From Acaryochloris thomasi RCC1774 (GTDB lineage: Bacteria > Cyanobacteriota > Cyanobacteriia > Thermosynechococcales > Thermosynechococcaceae), in contig NZ_PQWO01000002.1 in assembly GCF_003231495.1 (NCBI RefSeq), positions 150,001-182,000 on the forward strand: 32,000 nt of DNA, written 5' to 3'. Positions 9,148-19,177 of the stretch are shown piece by piece (position 1 is the stretch's first letter; every line of letters begins with the position of its first letter). The translations under genes were made by a program, and so were the position numbers. A model generated the notes under the pieces. It ran no database searches. It worked only from the letters and a program-made list of their open reading frames with translations, and was not told the DNA's origin.

Positions 9148-9502
9148 GATTGGCCAATAAGCTTTATCTGAGTGGGCTGCAGAAATAAATGCTTCCTATA
9201 CTTTGGCTCAAATTTGAAAATATTAAACATCCTGTGTGGAGCGCTCAAATCTCTTGCTGGTGGTAGAACTGGGAGATTATAGGGCCGCTGGTATTGGACG
9301 TTGAAAGGTGGATGCTGATGTTACCGAAGGGCATCGTCCGCTGAGTCTGACCATGTATTTAGGAACCCTGATTTTCTGCTTGGGCGAATCCTTCTCTCAA
9401 AGCTACAGTTTCTCTCTCCACCTAAAAGATATTGCCTATCAATCTGATTTAATCAACATATCTGTTTGAGTCAGCTTAAAGGCTGTACTGAGGGATGTGA
9501 GT

Positions 9503-10318
9503 ATGGGATTTGATTGGTCAGTGCTGGTCATTAGCTTTTTAGTTTTTGTTTTAGGAGCTTCTGTCGGCAGCTTCTTAAATGTTGTGGTCTATCGTTTGCC
9601 TGCAGGACTCTCGCTGCTGCGACCGCCGTCTCGTTGCCCATCTTGCCTGACGAAGCTGAAGCCCTACGACAATGTACCGGTGCTGGGTTGGTTGTGGCTG
9701 CGGGGGAAGTGTCGATATTGCTCGTTGCCAATTGCGCCTCGATATCCCATGGTTGAGTTTTTGGCAGGCTGTCTCTTTTTGTTGGTGTTTGTTGTGTTTG
9801 GTGTCTCGTTAAAGACGCCTGGATATTGGGTTTTTATGAGCTGGCTGCTGGCTCTAGCCTTTATCGATCTTGATACGATGACGCTGCCCAATCCGTTGAC
9901 GCAGTCGGGGGTAATCCTGGGGCTGCTTTTTCAGGTCCTACTGGGCTGGAGCGCAGAAGGGGGAGCTGGTTTGGCCCAAGGACTTATTTCTGGTTTTGGG
10001 GCGGCAGTCCTGGGAATTTGGGTGTTTGACCTTGTTCAAATTGTGGGGTCTGTGGTTTTAGGGCAGACGGCGATGGGCGGGGGGGATGCAAAGCTGGCGG
10101 CTATGATTGGTGCATGGCTGGGCTGGAAGCTGATGCTCTTAAGTGCTTTTTTGGCCTGTCTTTTTGGTGCTGTGATTGGGGTTGGCGGTATTGCGCTGGG
10201 ACTGATTGGGCGTCGCCAACATATTCCCTTCGGCCCTTATTTAGTTCTGGGAGCTGGGCTGGCTCTGTTTGTGGGGCCTCAAATACTGGATGTCTATTGG
10301 CAGTGGTTGGGATTCTGA
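9503..10318 (+). CDS. pilD: Type IV prepilin leader peptidase / N-methyltransferase (A24 family)
   Basis: Contains the Cys-rich box CPSC...CRYC, the block FLNVVVYRLP, multiple TM segments and the conserved GGGDAKL aspartyl-protease motif. The ATG at 9503 is two codons inside the GTG-initiated track ORF. Confidence 0.9.
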   Translation: MGFDWSVLVISFLVFVLGASVGSFLNVVVYRLPAGLSLLRPPSRCPSCLTKLKPYDNVPVLGWLWLRGKCRYCSLPIAPRYPMVEFLAGCLFLLVFVVFGVSLKTPGYWVFMSWLLALAFIDLDTMTLPNPLTQSGVILGLLFQVLLGWSAEGGAGLAQGLISGFGAAVLGIWVFDLVQIVGSVVLGQTAMGGGDAKLAAMIGAWLGWKLMLLSAFLACLFGAVIGVGGIALGLIGRRQHIPFGPYLVLGAGLALFVGPQILDVYWQWLGF

Positions 10319-10401
10319 GGTCTAGATCCCAAAGCCGAAGACCTCAAAGTCCGGTGGGGAACCGGGGTATACTAAGGTCTATCTTTAAGTGGATTGGCCC
10401 T

Positions 10402-10836
10402 GTGGAGCTTTCCTGTAAAAGTGAATATGCTCTGCTGGCTCTCATTGTGCTGGCGGATTATCACCCTGACGGGGAACCCGTTCAGATTCGTCAGATTGCG
10501 GCGCAGCAGAATATTCCTGACCGCTATCTTGAGCAGCTATTGGCGAGCTTGCGTCGCTCTGGGTTGGTGCGATCGCAACGTGGAGCGAAGGGTGGATACC
10601 TCTTAACTCGGGAGCCGTGGCAGATCACCCTGTTAGAGGTGATTAACTGCATTGAGGGACGCGATATTACTGCGCCCATTGAAGAGCTGGCTGAAACCAC
10701 TGAAAGGACCGCCATCCGAGAGGTTTGGCAACGAGCCTGCTCGCAGATGAGTGCGGTGTTTCGAGACTGCACGCTGCAGGAGCTTTGCGATCGCAGGGAT
10801 GCTAAACAGCCGTCGCAACTGATGTACTACATTTGA
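10402..10836 (+). CDS. Rrf2-family transcriptional regulator (CymR-like, no Fe-S cysteine triad)
   Basis: (V/M)[17 protein letters not shown]......[42 protein letters not shown] is the Rrf2 winged-helix signature. Homologs start at M.L(S/T).K..YAL, so I use the GTG at 10402. The track ORF 10114..10836 is an upstream run-on that overlaps pilD. Confidence 0.85.
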   Translation: MELSCKSEYALLALIVLADYHPDGEPVQIRQIAAQQNIPDRYLEQLLASLRRSGLVRSQRGAKGGYLLTREPWQITLLEVINCIEGRDITAPIEELAETTERTAIREVWQRACSQMSAVFRDCTLQELCDRRDAKQPSQLMYYI

Positions 10837-10864
10837 AAGAGTCCAACCGGAAGGGGTGTCAAGC

Positions 10865-11830
10865 ATGAATATTGCCCACGATATTACTGAACTGATTGGC
10901 CGCACGCCCTTGGTGCAGCTGAACCGTATTCCCCAGGCAGAGGGATGTTTGGCACGAATCTTAGTCAAGCTGGAGAGTCTTAATCCTTCTGCTTCGGTGA
11001 AGGATCGGATCGGGATCAGCATGATCCTTAAGGCCGAGGAGCAGGGGACAATTACGCCTGGAAAAACTTTGTTAGTGGAGCCAACTTCAGGAAATACGGG
11101 AATCGCCTTAGCGATGGCAGCTGCAGCCCGTGGCTACCGACTGATTCTGACGATGCCTGAGACGATGAGTGCTGAGCGTCGAGCGATGCTGCGTGCCTAT
11201 GGTGCTGAGCTGGAGCTAACGCCGGGTTCTGAAGGAATGAAGGGCTGTATCCAGCGTGCCCAAGAGATTGTAGAAAAGAACTCTGATGCTCTGATGCTGC
11301 AGCAGTTCCAGAATCCCGCTAATCCTCAGGCACACCGGGAGACGACGGCTGAAGAAATTTGGGCTGACACCGATGGTCAGGTGGATATTTTAATCGCGGG
11401 GGTTGGAACAGGCGGGACGCTCACTGGAGTGGCCGATGTTCTCAAGCAGCGTAAGGCTGATTTTCAGACCGTTGCAGTGGAGCCAGACAACAGTCCGGTG
11501 TTGTCTGGGGGATGCCCCGGTCCTCACAAGATTCAGGGGATTGGAGCCGGGTTTGTGCCGTCGGTGTTAGAAACGGATTTGATTGATGAAGTGGTGCTTG
11601 TTAAGGATGAAGATGCGATCGCATATGGTCGGCGCTTAGCTCGAGAAGAAGGACTGCTTTCGGGCATCTCTTCCGGAGCGGCGCTGGCTGCTGCTGTTCA
11701 AGTGGCTCAGCGTCCGCAGAATGAAGGCAAGCTGATCGTGATGATTCAGCCCAGCTTTGGCGAACGGTATTTGAGTACCCCACTTTTTCAAGATCCACAG
11801 CCTGCTTTTTCTAGTCCTGTAAACCTTTAA
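10865..11830 (+). CDS. cysK: Cysteine synthase A (O-acetylserine sulfhydrylase)
   Basis: [13 protein letters not shown], the PLP-lysine block [25 protein letters not shown] and [10 protein letters not shown] are all present. I prefer the ATG at 10865 over the GTG at 10856. Confidence 0.95.
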   Translation: MNIAHDITELIGRTPLVQLNRIPQAEGCLARILVKLESLNPSASVKDRIGISMILKAEEQGTITPGKTLLVEPTSGNTGIALAMAAAARGYRLILTMPETMSAERRAMLRAYGAELELTPGSEGMKGCIQRAQEIVEKNSDALMLQQFQNPANPQAHRETTAEEIWADTDGQVDILIAGVGTGGTLTGVADVLKQRKADFQTVAVEPDNSPVLSGGCPGPHKIQGIGAGFVPSVLETDLIDEVVLVKDEDAIAYGRRLAREEGLLSGISSGAALAAAVQVAQRPQNEGKLIVMIQPSFGERYLSTPLFQDPQPAFSSPVNL

Positions 11831-11850
11831 GTTCTGTCAAACGCCATCGG

Positions 11851-13182
11851 GTGAGGGTCTGCTATACTGGCATCGATTTTCGCCTGGGGTCCATCGTGAA
11901 GCTGCGTCGTTTAATTCCATTTTTGGATCCATCAGTACAGGACTGGTCCAGTGAGGCGCGCTGGCTCCACTGGCTGACCTTCTTTTGGCTGTCGGCGGGT
12001 TTGGTGATCTTGTTCTCCGCCACGCTGCATATGGATCAAGGAGGTGCTAATGAAGGGCTCTCTTATTTTGTGCGCCAGCTTCTGTGGGTCTCGCTGGGTT
12101 TGGTGGTCTTCTACTTTGCGGTGCATACGCCACTACAGCGATCTTTAGCGGTGGCGCGCGTCACCTTTTTTGTTTTGCTGGTCCTGATCTTTGCAACCCG
12201 TATTCCAGGTGTAGGCGCTTCCGTCAACGGGGCAAGCCGCTGGATCTTGATTGGGCCGGTTCCGCTGCAGCCTTCTGAACTGATGAAGCCGTTTTTGATT
12301 TTGCAGGGTGCCTCCATCTTTGGTCGGTGGTCACGGTTGCCGATGCGGGATCGCCTGTCTTGGCTGGGACTGTTTGCCGCGACGCTGTTTGCAATTTTGA
12401 TACAGCCGAACCTGAGCACTACGGCTCTGTGTGGGATTACGCTGTGGCTTGTGGCACTGGCGGCGGGATTGTCATTACAAAGTTTGGGCTTGACGGCTTT
12501 GGCGGGTGCGGGACTAGCTGCCTTGAGCATTTTTCGCAATGAGTATCAGATGCGGCGGATGCTCTCGTTTACGAATCCTTGGGCTGATTCACTGGGAGAT
12601 GGCTATCAGCTCAGTCAAAGTCTGCTGGCCGTTGGCTCTGGGGGCGTCACGGGGGCCGGTTTTGGTGCGTCTCAGCAAAAGCTATCCTATCTTCCGTTTC
12701 AGCACACAGATTTTATCTTCTCTATCTTTGCGGAGGAGTTTGGGCTTTTAGGTGGGCTGTCTTTGCTACTGCTGCTGTTTGCCTATAGCCTGTTGGCGCT
12801 GCGGGTGGTTGCTAAAACAATGGATCCGACCCATCGCTTGATCGGTACAGGAGCAATGGTGGTGTTGATTGGGCAGGCTTTGATCAATATCGGGGTGGCG
12901 ATTGGTGTTTTGCCAACGACGGGTTTGCCTTTTCCGTTACTCAGCTATGGCGGTAGCTCAATGATTGCGAGTTTAGCGATTTCGGGCCTTCTGATTCGGG
13001 TGGCCCGTGAGAGCCAAGGAGCCGAAGTTGTGCCTTTACAGGCAGAGCCTGCTTTTGGCGGAGCGCCTCATTTAAAATCTCTGTCCTCCGCTGCAGCTTT
13101 GGCGTCTGAGCAGGATATGCTGGCCCAAAAGCGTCAAGCCTGGGCAAAACAAAGAAAAACACGGCGGCGGAAGAGGCGCTAG
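11851..13182 (+). CDS. ftsW: FtsW/RodA/SpoVE (SEDS) family cell-division protein, FtsW-like
   Basis: Polytopic membrane protein with the SEDS blocks QPSELMKP, HTDFIFSI.AEEFG and LPTTGLPFPLLSYGGSSM. It has a basic C-terminal tail. An alternative in-frame GTG start is at 11896. Confidence 0.85.
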   Translation: MRVCYTGIDFRLGSIVKLRRLIPFLDPSVQDWSSEARWLHWLTFFWLSAGLVILFSATLHMDQGGANEGLSYFVRQLLWVSLGLVVFYFAVHTPLQRSLAVARVTFFVLLVLIFATRIPGVGASVNGASRWILIGPVPLQPSELMKPFLILQGASIFGRWSRLPMRDRLSWLGLFAATLFAILIQPNLSTTALCGITLWLVALAAGLSLQSLGLTALAGAGLAALSIFRNEYQMRRMLSFTNPWADSLGDGYQLSQSLLAVGSGGVTGAGFGASQQKLSYLPFQHTDFIFSIFAEEFGLLGGLSLLLLLFAYSLLALRVVAKTMDPTHRLIGTGAMVVLIGQALINIGVAIGVLPTTGLPFPLLSYGGSSMIASLAISGLLIRVARESQGAEVVPLQAEPAFGGAPHLKSLSSAAALASEQDMLAQKRQAWAKQRKTRRRKRR

Positions 13183-13247
13183 CAACGAACCGGACTTCGT
13201 TAAGATGTAGGTTGAAGCATGCTTAAAAAGGATTACGGCTTACATCC

Positions 13248-13988
13248 ATGATCGATTCGCTGCAGCTGCAGCTTTATCACTTAGAGCAATTCGCAAATCA
13301 TTTGGTATCCGGCCAGCTTGATCACCTGAGTCTTGTCAGTTTAGGGGTGATTTTTGCGGCGGGTCTACTCACCAGTTTGACGCCCTGTACCCTTTCGATG
13401 CTTCCGATTACGGTGGGTTATATTGGCGGCTACGAAGCTGACAGTCGTTGGTTTGCTGTTCGGCAGTCGATTTGGTTCTGTCTGGGATTGGCGTCAACTT
13501 TGACTGGATTCGGTATTCTGGCGGCGATGGTGGGCCGTATCTATGGCCAAGTTGGCGGTGGACTTGCGATCGCCGTTAGCCTGCTTGCCATCCTCATGGG
13601 TCTCAACCTGCTGCAGGTCTTACCGCTGCGCTTCCCGAGCTTAGATAACGTTGACCTTGATAAGCTGCCGGTGCCGCGTGGGGTGCGAACCTTCCTTGTG
13701 GGCCTTACCTTTGGACTGGTGGCCTCTCCCTGCAGTACGCCTGTTTTAGCAACGCTCCTCGCCTGGATCTCAACGACGCAGGATCCTTTGCTGGGCGCAG
13801 GGTTGCTCCTGTCCTACACGGCTGGGTACACTGCCCCGTTGTTGATTGCTGGCACCTTCACTGCTGCGATTAAGCGTTTTCTAGAACTGCGCCGCTGGTC
13901 TGCTTGGATTACGCCCGCCAGCGGTGTGCTGCTGATTGGGTTTGGAATGTTTTCGCTGCTGACGCGGATGTTCCCATCTGCGATTTAA
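13248..13988 (+). CDS. ccdA: Cytochrome c biogenesis thiol-disulfide transporter CcdA
   Basis: Six-TM DsbD-core protein. The two conserved Cys motifs are present: LTPCTLSMLP and SPCSTPVLA. Confidence 0.9.
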   Translation: MIDSLQLQLYHLEQFANHLVSGQLDHLSLVSLGVIFAAGLLTSLTPCTLSMLPITVGYIGGYEADSRWFAVRQSIWFCLGLASTLTGFGILAAMVGRIYGQVGGGLAIAVSLLAILMGLNLLQVLPLRFPSLDNVDLDKLPVPRGVRTFLVGLTFGLVASPCSTPVLATLLAWISTTQDPLLGAGLLLSYTAGYTAPLLIAGTFTAAIKRFLELRRWSAWITPASGVLLIGFGMFSLLTRMFPSAI

Positions 13989-14009
13989 CGATTTAGACTA
14001 TTTTTGCTC

Positions 14010-15386
14010 ATGACTTTACAACCGTCTGGACCCCAAGCTTACTTTAAGCGTGAACTACTGCCTGTATTGGCCGATCTGCGGCTAGCGATTGTGTTGCTAC
14101 TTGCGATCGCATTTTTCAGCATCTCGGGCACGGTGATTGAGCAAGGCCAGTCGGTTGCGTTCTATCAGGCCAACTATCCTGAAGATCCGGCTCTGTTCGG
14201 GTTTTTAACCTGGAACGTTTTGCTCACCATCGGCTTAGATCACGTCTATCGGACCTGGTGGTTTCTGGCGCTGCTGATCTTATTTGGCAGTAGCCTAACG
14301 GCCTGCACCTTTACCCGTCAGCTTCCGGCCCTTAAAGCGGCCCGCTCCTGGAAGTTTTATCAACAGCCGCGCCAGTTTGAAAAATTGGCCCTCAGCACCA
14401 CAGTGGCACTTCCTTCTTTAGGTGGCGTGGAGGCTGCGCTGGAGCAGCAGAAATTCAAAATTTTTCAGGACGGCGACACTATCTATGCCCGGAAAGGGAT
14501 TGTGGGCCGCATTGGTCCCATTGTTGTTCACGCTAGTATGCTGCTAATTCTGCTGGGGTCCATTGTGGGGGCAATGACCGGCTTTATGGCTCAGCAGATG
14601 ATTCCCAGCGGTTCCACAACGAAAATTGACAATATTGTGAAGGCGGGACCTTGGGCGAAATCCCAGATTCCGCAAGACTGGGCGGTGAAAGTCAACCGCT
14701 TTTGGATTGACTATACCCCTGACGGCTCTATCGATCAGTTCTATTCCGATCTCTCTGTGGTTGATGAACAGGACCAGGAGCTAGATCGGCAAACGATCCA
14801 CGTTAATAAGCCCCTCAAGCATAAGGGTGTGACGCTCTATCAGGCGGATTGGTCGATTGCCGGGGTCAAGGTACAGCTCAACAACAGTCCGGTTTTGGGA
14901 CTGCCGATGCGATCGCTTCCCTCTGTTGCCGAGGGTCGCCTCTGGGGAACCTGGGTGCCCACCAGCCCTGACCTCAGCTCGGGCGTGGCTCTGATTACAG
15001 CCGATATGCAGGGGACGCTGGTGATGTATGACCGCGCGGGCCAGATGATTGGCACGGTGCGGTCCGGTAGCTCTGTCGAGGTGAATGGCGTCACGCTCAA
15101 GGTGATTGACGTTGTGGGGAGTGCGGGGCTACAGATCAAGGCAGATCCTGGTATCCCGATTGTCTATGCCGGCTACGGATTGCTGATGCTGGGGGTGATC
15201 ATGAGCTATGTCTCGCATTCGCAAATCTGGGTGCTGCTCAAAGATCAAAAGCTTTATCTGGGCGGACGCACGAATCGAGCCCAGGTCACCTTTGAGCGGG
15301 AGTTTATTGACTTCGTTGAGCAGGTGAGTCAGTTGCCAGGTCCAGTCGAAGATTCGCCAGTCGTTGAGGCAGAGCCAGTGGGTTAG
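14010..15386 (+). CDS. ccsB: Cytochrome c biogenesis protein Ccs1/CcsB (ResB family, system II)
   Basis: It shows ResB architecture: N-terminal TM helices ([29 protein letters not shown]), a large soluble loop and a C-terminal TM helix. It lies directly downstream of ccdA. The ATG at 14010 is two codons inside the TTG-initiated track ORF. Confidence 0.88.
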   Translation: MTLQPSGPQAYFKRELLPVLADLRLAIVLLLAIAFFSISGTVIEQGQSVAFYQANYPEDPALFGFLTWNVLLTIGLDHVYRTWWFLALLILFGSSLTACTFTRQLPALKAARSWKFYQQPRQFEKLALSTTVALPSLGGVEAALEQQKFKIFQDGDTIYARKGIVGRIGPIVVHASMLLILLGSIVGAMTGFMAQQMIPSGSTTKIDNIVKAGPWAKSQIPQDWAVKVNRFWIDYTPDGSIDQFYSDLSVVDEQDQELDRQTIHVNKPLKHKGVTLYQADWSIAGVKVQLNNSPVLGLPMRSLPSVAEGRLWGTWVPTSPDLSSGVALITADMQGTLVMYDRAGQMIGTVRSGSSVEVNGVTLKVIDVVGSAGLQIKADPGIPIVYAGYGLLMLGVIMSYVSHSQIWVLLKDQKLYLGGRTNRAQVTFEREFIDFVEQVSQLPGPVEDSPVVEAEPVG

Positions 15387-15440
15387 AGCATCGCCCCCCA
15401 AGCCTGTAAGATAGGGAAGCTGCTTAAAGCTTAAAAAACT

Positions 15441-16616
15441 GTGAAAAAAATCACTCTTCTTGGCTCAACGGGTTCTATTGGCACCCAAACGCTGGATATT
15501 GTGGCCCAGTATCCCGAGCAGTTTCAGATTGTGGGACTGGCTGCAGGTCGCAATCTAGAGCTATTGACGGAGCAGATTAAGCGCTTTCGGCCAGAAATTG
15601 TTGCGATCTCAAATCCTGAGCAGCTACCGGAGCTGAGGGATGCGATCTCCGCTCTAGATTCCCCACCTCAACTGCTAGCGGGTGAAGCAGGCGTCTGTGA
15701 AGTGGCAGCCTACGGTGATTCTGAATCTGTTGTCACTGGAATTGTAGGTTGTGCGGGCCTGCTGCCGACTATTTCAGCGATTAAAGCTGGCAAAGATATT
15801 GCTTTAGCAAATAAAGAAACGCTGATCGCTGGAGCGCCCGTTGTCTTGCCGCTGGTGGAGCAGTACGGCGTCAAGCTCCTGCCTGCCGACTCTGAGCATT
15901 CAGCCATCTTTCAGTGTCTCCAAGGCGTTCCCAAAGATAGATTGCGGCGAATCCTACTAACCGCGTCAGGGGGTTCCTTCCGTGACTGGCCGGTGGAAAA
16001 ATTGAAGGATGTCACCGTAGCAGATGCCCTCAAGCATCCCAATTGGTCGATGGGGCGCAAGATCACCATTGATTCAGCGACCTTGATGAACAAAGGGCTA
16101 GAGGTTATTGAAGCCCATTATTTGTTTGACGTTGACTACGACCAAATTGACATCGTTATTCACCCCCAGAGCATTATTCACTCTCTGATTGAGCTGCAGG
16201 ATACTTCTGTTCTGGCGCAACTGGGTTGGCCAGATATGCGTTTGCCGCTTCTCTATGCGCTCTCTTGGCCGGAGCGAGTCGCAACGGATTGGGAGCCGCT
16301 CGATTTAGTGAAGTCCGGTGACCTAACCTTTAGAGAGCCAGATCATCAGAAGTATCCCTGCATGAATCTCGCCTACGCCGTGGGGCGGGCCGGTGGTGCC
16401 ATGCCTGCTGTCTTGAACGCCGCTAATGAGCAGGCTGTGGCTCTGTTCTTAGACGAAAAAATTACGTTCCTAGAGATTCCGCAGGTGATTGAGAGGGTTT
16501 GCAATTGCTTCGATATGCGCAACTTGGCCGCGCCGAACTTAGAAGATATTTTGGCGGCAGATCAGTGGGCTAGACAGGAAGTGCTGACTCAATCTGCGAC
16601 CCCTACCCTTGTTTGA
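15441..16616 (+). CDS. dxr: 1-deoxy-D-xylulose 5-phosphate reductoisomerase
   Basis: (M)[47 protein letters not shown] and [21 protein letters not shown] are all present. GTG start. Confidence 0.96.
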   Translation: MKKITLLGSTGSIGTQTLDIVAQYPEQFQIVGLAAGRNLELLTEQIKRFRPEIVAISNPEQLPELRDAISALDSPPQLLAGEAGVCEVAAYGDSESVVTGIVGCAGLLPTISAIKAGKDIALANKETLIAGAPVVLPLVEQYGVKLLPADSEHSAIFQCLQGVPKDRLRRILLTASGGSFRDWPVEKLKDVTVADALKHPNWSMGRKITIDSATLMNKGLEVIEAHYLFDVDYDQIDIVIHPQSIIHSLIELQDTSVLAQLGWPDMRLPLLYALSWPERVATDWEPLDLVKSGDLTFREPDHQKYPCMNLAYAVGRAGGAMPAVLNAANEQAVALFLDEKITFLEIPQVIERVCNCFDMRNLAAPNLEDILAADQWARQEVLTQSATPTLV

Positions 16617-16649
16617 TTAAGATAATAAGAAGAAATGTAACGCTCTTAT

Positions 16650-17537
16650 ATGTCCACTGTTCAATCTTCTTCCTCTCTTAGTTCCCAGGGAAAAGCGATT
16701 ATCAAGCTGCTGCGGTGGGATAAGCCGACGGGGCGCTTAGTTCTAATGATCCCGGCACTGTGGGCTGTGTTCTTGGCAACCCAAGGATCTCCTCCCGCAT
16801 TATTGGTGCTGGTTATTGTCTTAGGTAGTTTGGCGACCAGTGCTGCCGGATGTGTCGTTAATGATCTGTGGGATCGAGACATTGACCCCCATGTGAATCG
16901 GACTAAAAAACGGCCTTTGGCCTCGAAGGCGCTCACCGTGCAGGTGGGGTTGGGCGTGGCTCTCGTGGCCTTTGTCTGTGCCTTTGGCCTGTCCCGTTAC
17001 TTAAATCCGCTGAGTTTTTGGCTCTGCGTGGGAGCGGTGCCGGTGATTATTGGCTATCCGCTGGCAAAACGCGTGTTCCCTGTGCCGCAATTAGTACTTG
17101 CGATCGCATGGGGCTTTGCGGTGTTAATTAGCTGGTCTGCCGCCGCTGCTCGTTTAGAGCCTGCGACTTGGCTTCTGTGGACGGCAACCGTTTTCTGGAC
17201 CCTCGGTTTTGATACCATCTATGCGATGCCAGATCGTCCCGACGACCGACGCCTGGGCATCAATTCCAGTGCCCTATTCTTTGGACGCTATGTTGTTGCT
17301 GCCATTGGTCTTTTCTTCGCCGCAACAGTTGCCGCTTTGGTGGGCCTAGGCTTAATCCTGCAGCTCAAAATAGCGTACTGGCTCACCTTGATCTGTAGCG
17401 GCTATTTATGGATTAGACAGGTGTTTTTACTGCGGCACCGGCACGTGCCGACACAGGCCTACGGCCAGCTCTTTCGCCAAAACGTTTGGATTGGCTTTCT
17501 CCTATTGGGAGGAATGGTGGCCGGATATCTACTGTAA
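16650..17537 (+). CDS. ubiA: UbiA-family 4-hydroxybenzoate polyprenyltransferase (plastoquinone pathway solanesyltransferase type)
   Basis: Contains the UbiA Asp-rich motifs NDLWDRDID and YAMPDRPDD in a protein of about 9 TM helices. The N-terminal block LLRWDKPTGRLVLMIPALWA is typical of 4-HB prenyltransferases. Confidence 0.88.
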   Translation: MSTVQSSSSLSSQGKAIIKLLRWDKPTGRLVLMIPALWAVFLATQGSPPALLVLVIVLGSLATSAAGCVVNDLWDRDIDPHVNRTKKRPLASKALTVQVGLGVALVAFVCAFGLSRYLNPLSFWLCVGAVPVIIGYPLAKRVFPVPQLVLAIAWGFAVLISWSAAAARLEPATWLLWTATVFWTLGFDTIYAMPDRPDDRRLGINSSALFFGRYVVAAIGLFFAATVAALVGLGLILQLKIAYWLTLICSGYLWIRQVFLLRHRHVPTQAYGQLFRQNVWIGFLLLGGMVAGYLL

Positions 17538-17545
17538 GGTTGCCC

Positions 17546-18055
17546 CTAATCTCTTTCTACACCGGTATTAGAAACATTAATGGCTGCAGGAAGCTCCACG
17601 GGCGGATGCTCAATTGCAATCATGAGGCCTGAAGGCTCCACCGTCTCTTGCAAAGGGGGCGTGTTCACTGATGCAACGACAGGACTCTCGATGCCGCTAT
17701 CTTGCGTCTCAGCAAACTGAGGCGATAAAGGTCCACCATTCCAGGCACCCGCAATCGCGCCGACGGTACCGGCTACGGCAGCTGCTGCTAGAGTACTCCA
17801 CAGCGGCAGGCGGCGACGAGAGTCGATGCGCTCGAAAACGCGATCAATGGTCTGATCGACCGGTGCTGCGCTGGGGGTCGGAAGGGATTGACAGCTACGC
17901 TGCAGCGTCAGTAAGCGCTGGTAAAGCGTGTAAAACTCAGAATCATTCGTGAGCCATTGCTCAACCTGTTTGCGCTCCTCTGCCGACACCTCATGATCGA
18001 GATAGGCGCTGAGTAATTCAAATCGGTCGTTGTTCAAGGTGTCAATGTTATCCAT
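17546..18055 (-). CDS. Membrane-anchored anti-sigma factor (non-zinc type)
   Basis: The N-terminal anti-sigma domain LLSAYLDHEVSAEERKQVEQWL lacks the H-x3-C-x2-C zinc motif. It has a single TM helix (LWSTLAAAAVAGTVGAIAGAW) and lies downstream of an ECF sigma gene on the same strand. Confidence 0.75.
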   Translation of the reverse strand: MDNIDTLNNDRFELLSAYLDHEVSAEERKQVEQWLTNDSEFYTLYQRLLTLQRSCQSLPTPSAAPVDQTIDRVFERIDSRRRLPLWSTLAAAAVAGTVGAIAGAWNGGPLSPQFAETQDSGIESPVVASVNTPPLQETVEPSGLMIAIEHPPVELPAAINVSNTGVERD

Positions 18056-18297
18056 AGCAGCATCTCACTTGCCCTATTCGGGAAATTATCAAAGATAGAC
18101 AGACAAAGTTCGAGAAGAGAAGCCCAACAAGGTCTGGTAAAGGTCATAGTCCTGATGGCAGCCTTTGAAATCAGGGTATGGCTGAAAGCAAGTGTCCGAG
18201 ACAGTCTTACTTTAAATTTAGCGTAAGTTTTGGTCTATACCAAGGGCTGATGGCTGCCCCTAACCCTAGAATGGGCAGAAAACAGAATGATTTAACA

Positions 18298-18954
18298 CTA
18301 GTCCTGCAAATAACCCTGAAGTTCTGATTGCAGACGCTGTCTTGCCCGAGCAATTCGCGATTTTACGGTGCCCAACGACACGCCAGTAATCTCGGCAATG
18401 TCTTCGTAGGGCATTCCCTCAATCTCGCGCAGGACGATGGTTGTGCGAAAGACTTCTGGCAATTCTGCGATCGCAACGCGAAGCTGCTGGTAGAACTCAT
18501 GGGTGGTGAGGTTATCCTCTGGCCCTGGATCACCCGAGGCAATCTCCCAATTGAGGTTGCCATCTTCCATAGCAATGGGGGCGTCGAGGGAGAGAGGGCT
18601 GCGGTGACGCTTGCGTTTGCGCAGCTCGTCATAAAACAAATTGGTGGCAATGCGGCTCAGCCATCCGCGAAATTTCGCCGGTTCATGGAGGCGGTTAATA
18701 TTGCGGTAAACCCGAATCCAGACTTCCTGGGCAAGATCGGCTCGATCGTCCCAGTCGGGTGCTAAATGATAGAGAACACGATTGACGTGGGATTGGTACC
18801 GACGCAGTAGCTCTGAAAAGGCAGAGCGGTCGGGTCGCAGTCCCTGTTGGCAGAGCTGCACCAAGTCGTTGTTCGCAAGTTTTTCTGCCGGAATTTGCAC
18901 TTGAGGTTCTATACCCTCAGCCCGAGACCAAGACAAAGGAAGACTGTGTGACAT
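18298..18954 (-). CDS. ECF (group 4) RNA polymerase sigma factor
   Basis: Region 2 is AQEVWIRVYRNI....PAKFRGWLSRIATNLFYDELRKR. Region 4 is VLREIEGMPYEDIAEITGVSLGTVKSRIARARQRL. The track ORF starts at TTG 18966; I prefer the ATG at 18954. Confidence 0.9.
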   Translation of the reverse strand: MSHSLPLSWSRAEGIEPQVQIPAEKLANNDLVQLCQQGLRPDRSAFSELLRRYQSHVNRVLYHLAPDWDDRADLAQEVWIRVYRNINRLHEPAKFRGWLSRIATNLFYDELRKRKRHRSPLSLDAPIAMEDGNLNWEIASGDPGPEDNLTTHEFYQQLRVAIAELPEVFRTTIVLREIEGMPYEDIAEITGVSLGTVKSRIARARQRLQSELQGYLQD

Positions 18955-19177
18955 GAGTTGAGTCAACCATAATACACTCTTCCCCTTCAGACGGGAGGTG
19001 ATATGACAGAGTTCCCTTGATTTTTCTATTGTTACCCTGCCATAGGACTCCAGCTCTAGGGGGATTGTTACATAAACCGATACGTTCCTCTCGAATGTGG
19101 CTCAGAAAAAGTTCTAAGCTGGAAGGTGTTAGACCTGCTCGCAGCAGGTCTCGGAATATTTTCACCCCCAAGTTTTC

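Noticed and set aside
10114-10401. N-terminal 96 codons of the track ORF 10114..10836, which would give a 240-aa protein overlapping the 3' end of pilD
   Set aside because: The Rrf2 homology begins only at (V/M)[13 protein letters not shown] (GTG at 10402). The upstream part overlaps pilD in another frame and has a low-complexity Cys/Trp/Gly-rich composition typical of a shadow read-through.
12111-12539. Antisense or overlapping ORFs inside well-supported genes (for example 12111..12539-, 18328..18765+, 20650..21057+, 22081..22413+, 5474..5815-, 28927..29223+, 14840..15139-)
   Set aside because: Each lies wholly within a gene with strong family signatures on the other strand or frame. Arg/Ser/Pro-rich shadow-frame composition is expected in sequence with moderate to high GC3.
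18967-19177. Possible TPP (THI-box) riboswitch upstream of thiG
   Set aside because: I could not find the conserved CUGAGA or ACCUGAUCUGGAUAAUGCCAGCG-like core on the plus strand. Only a simple 9-bp hairpin is present.
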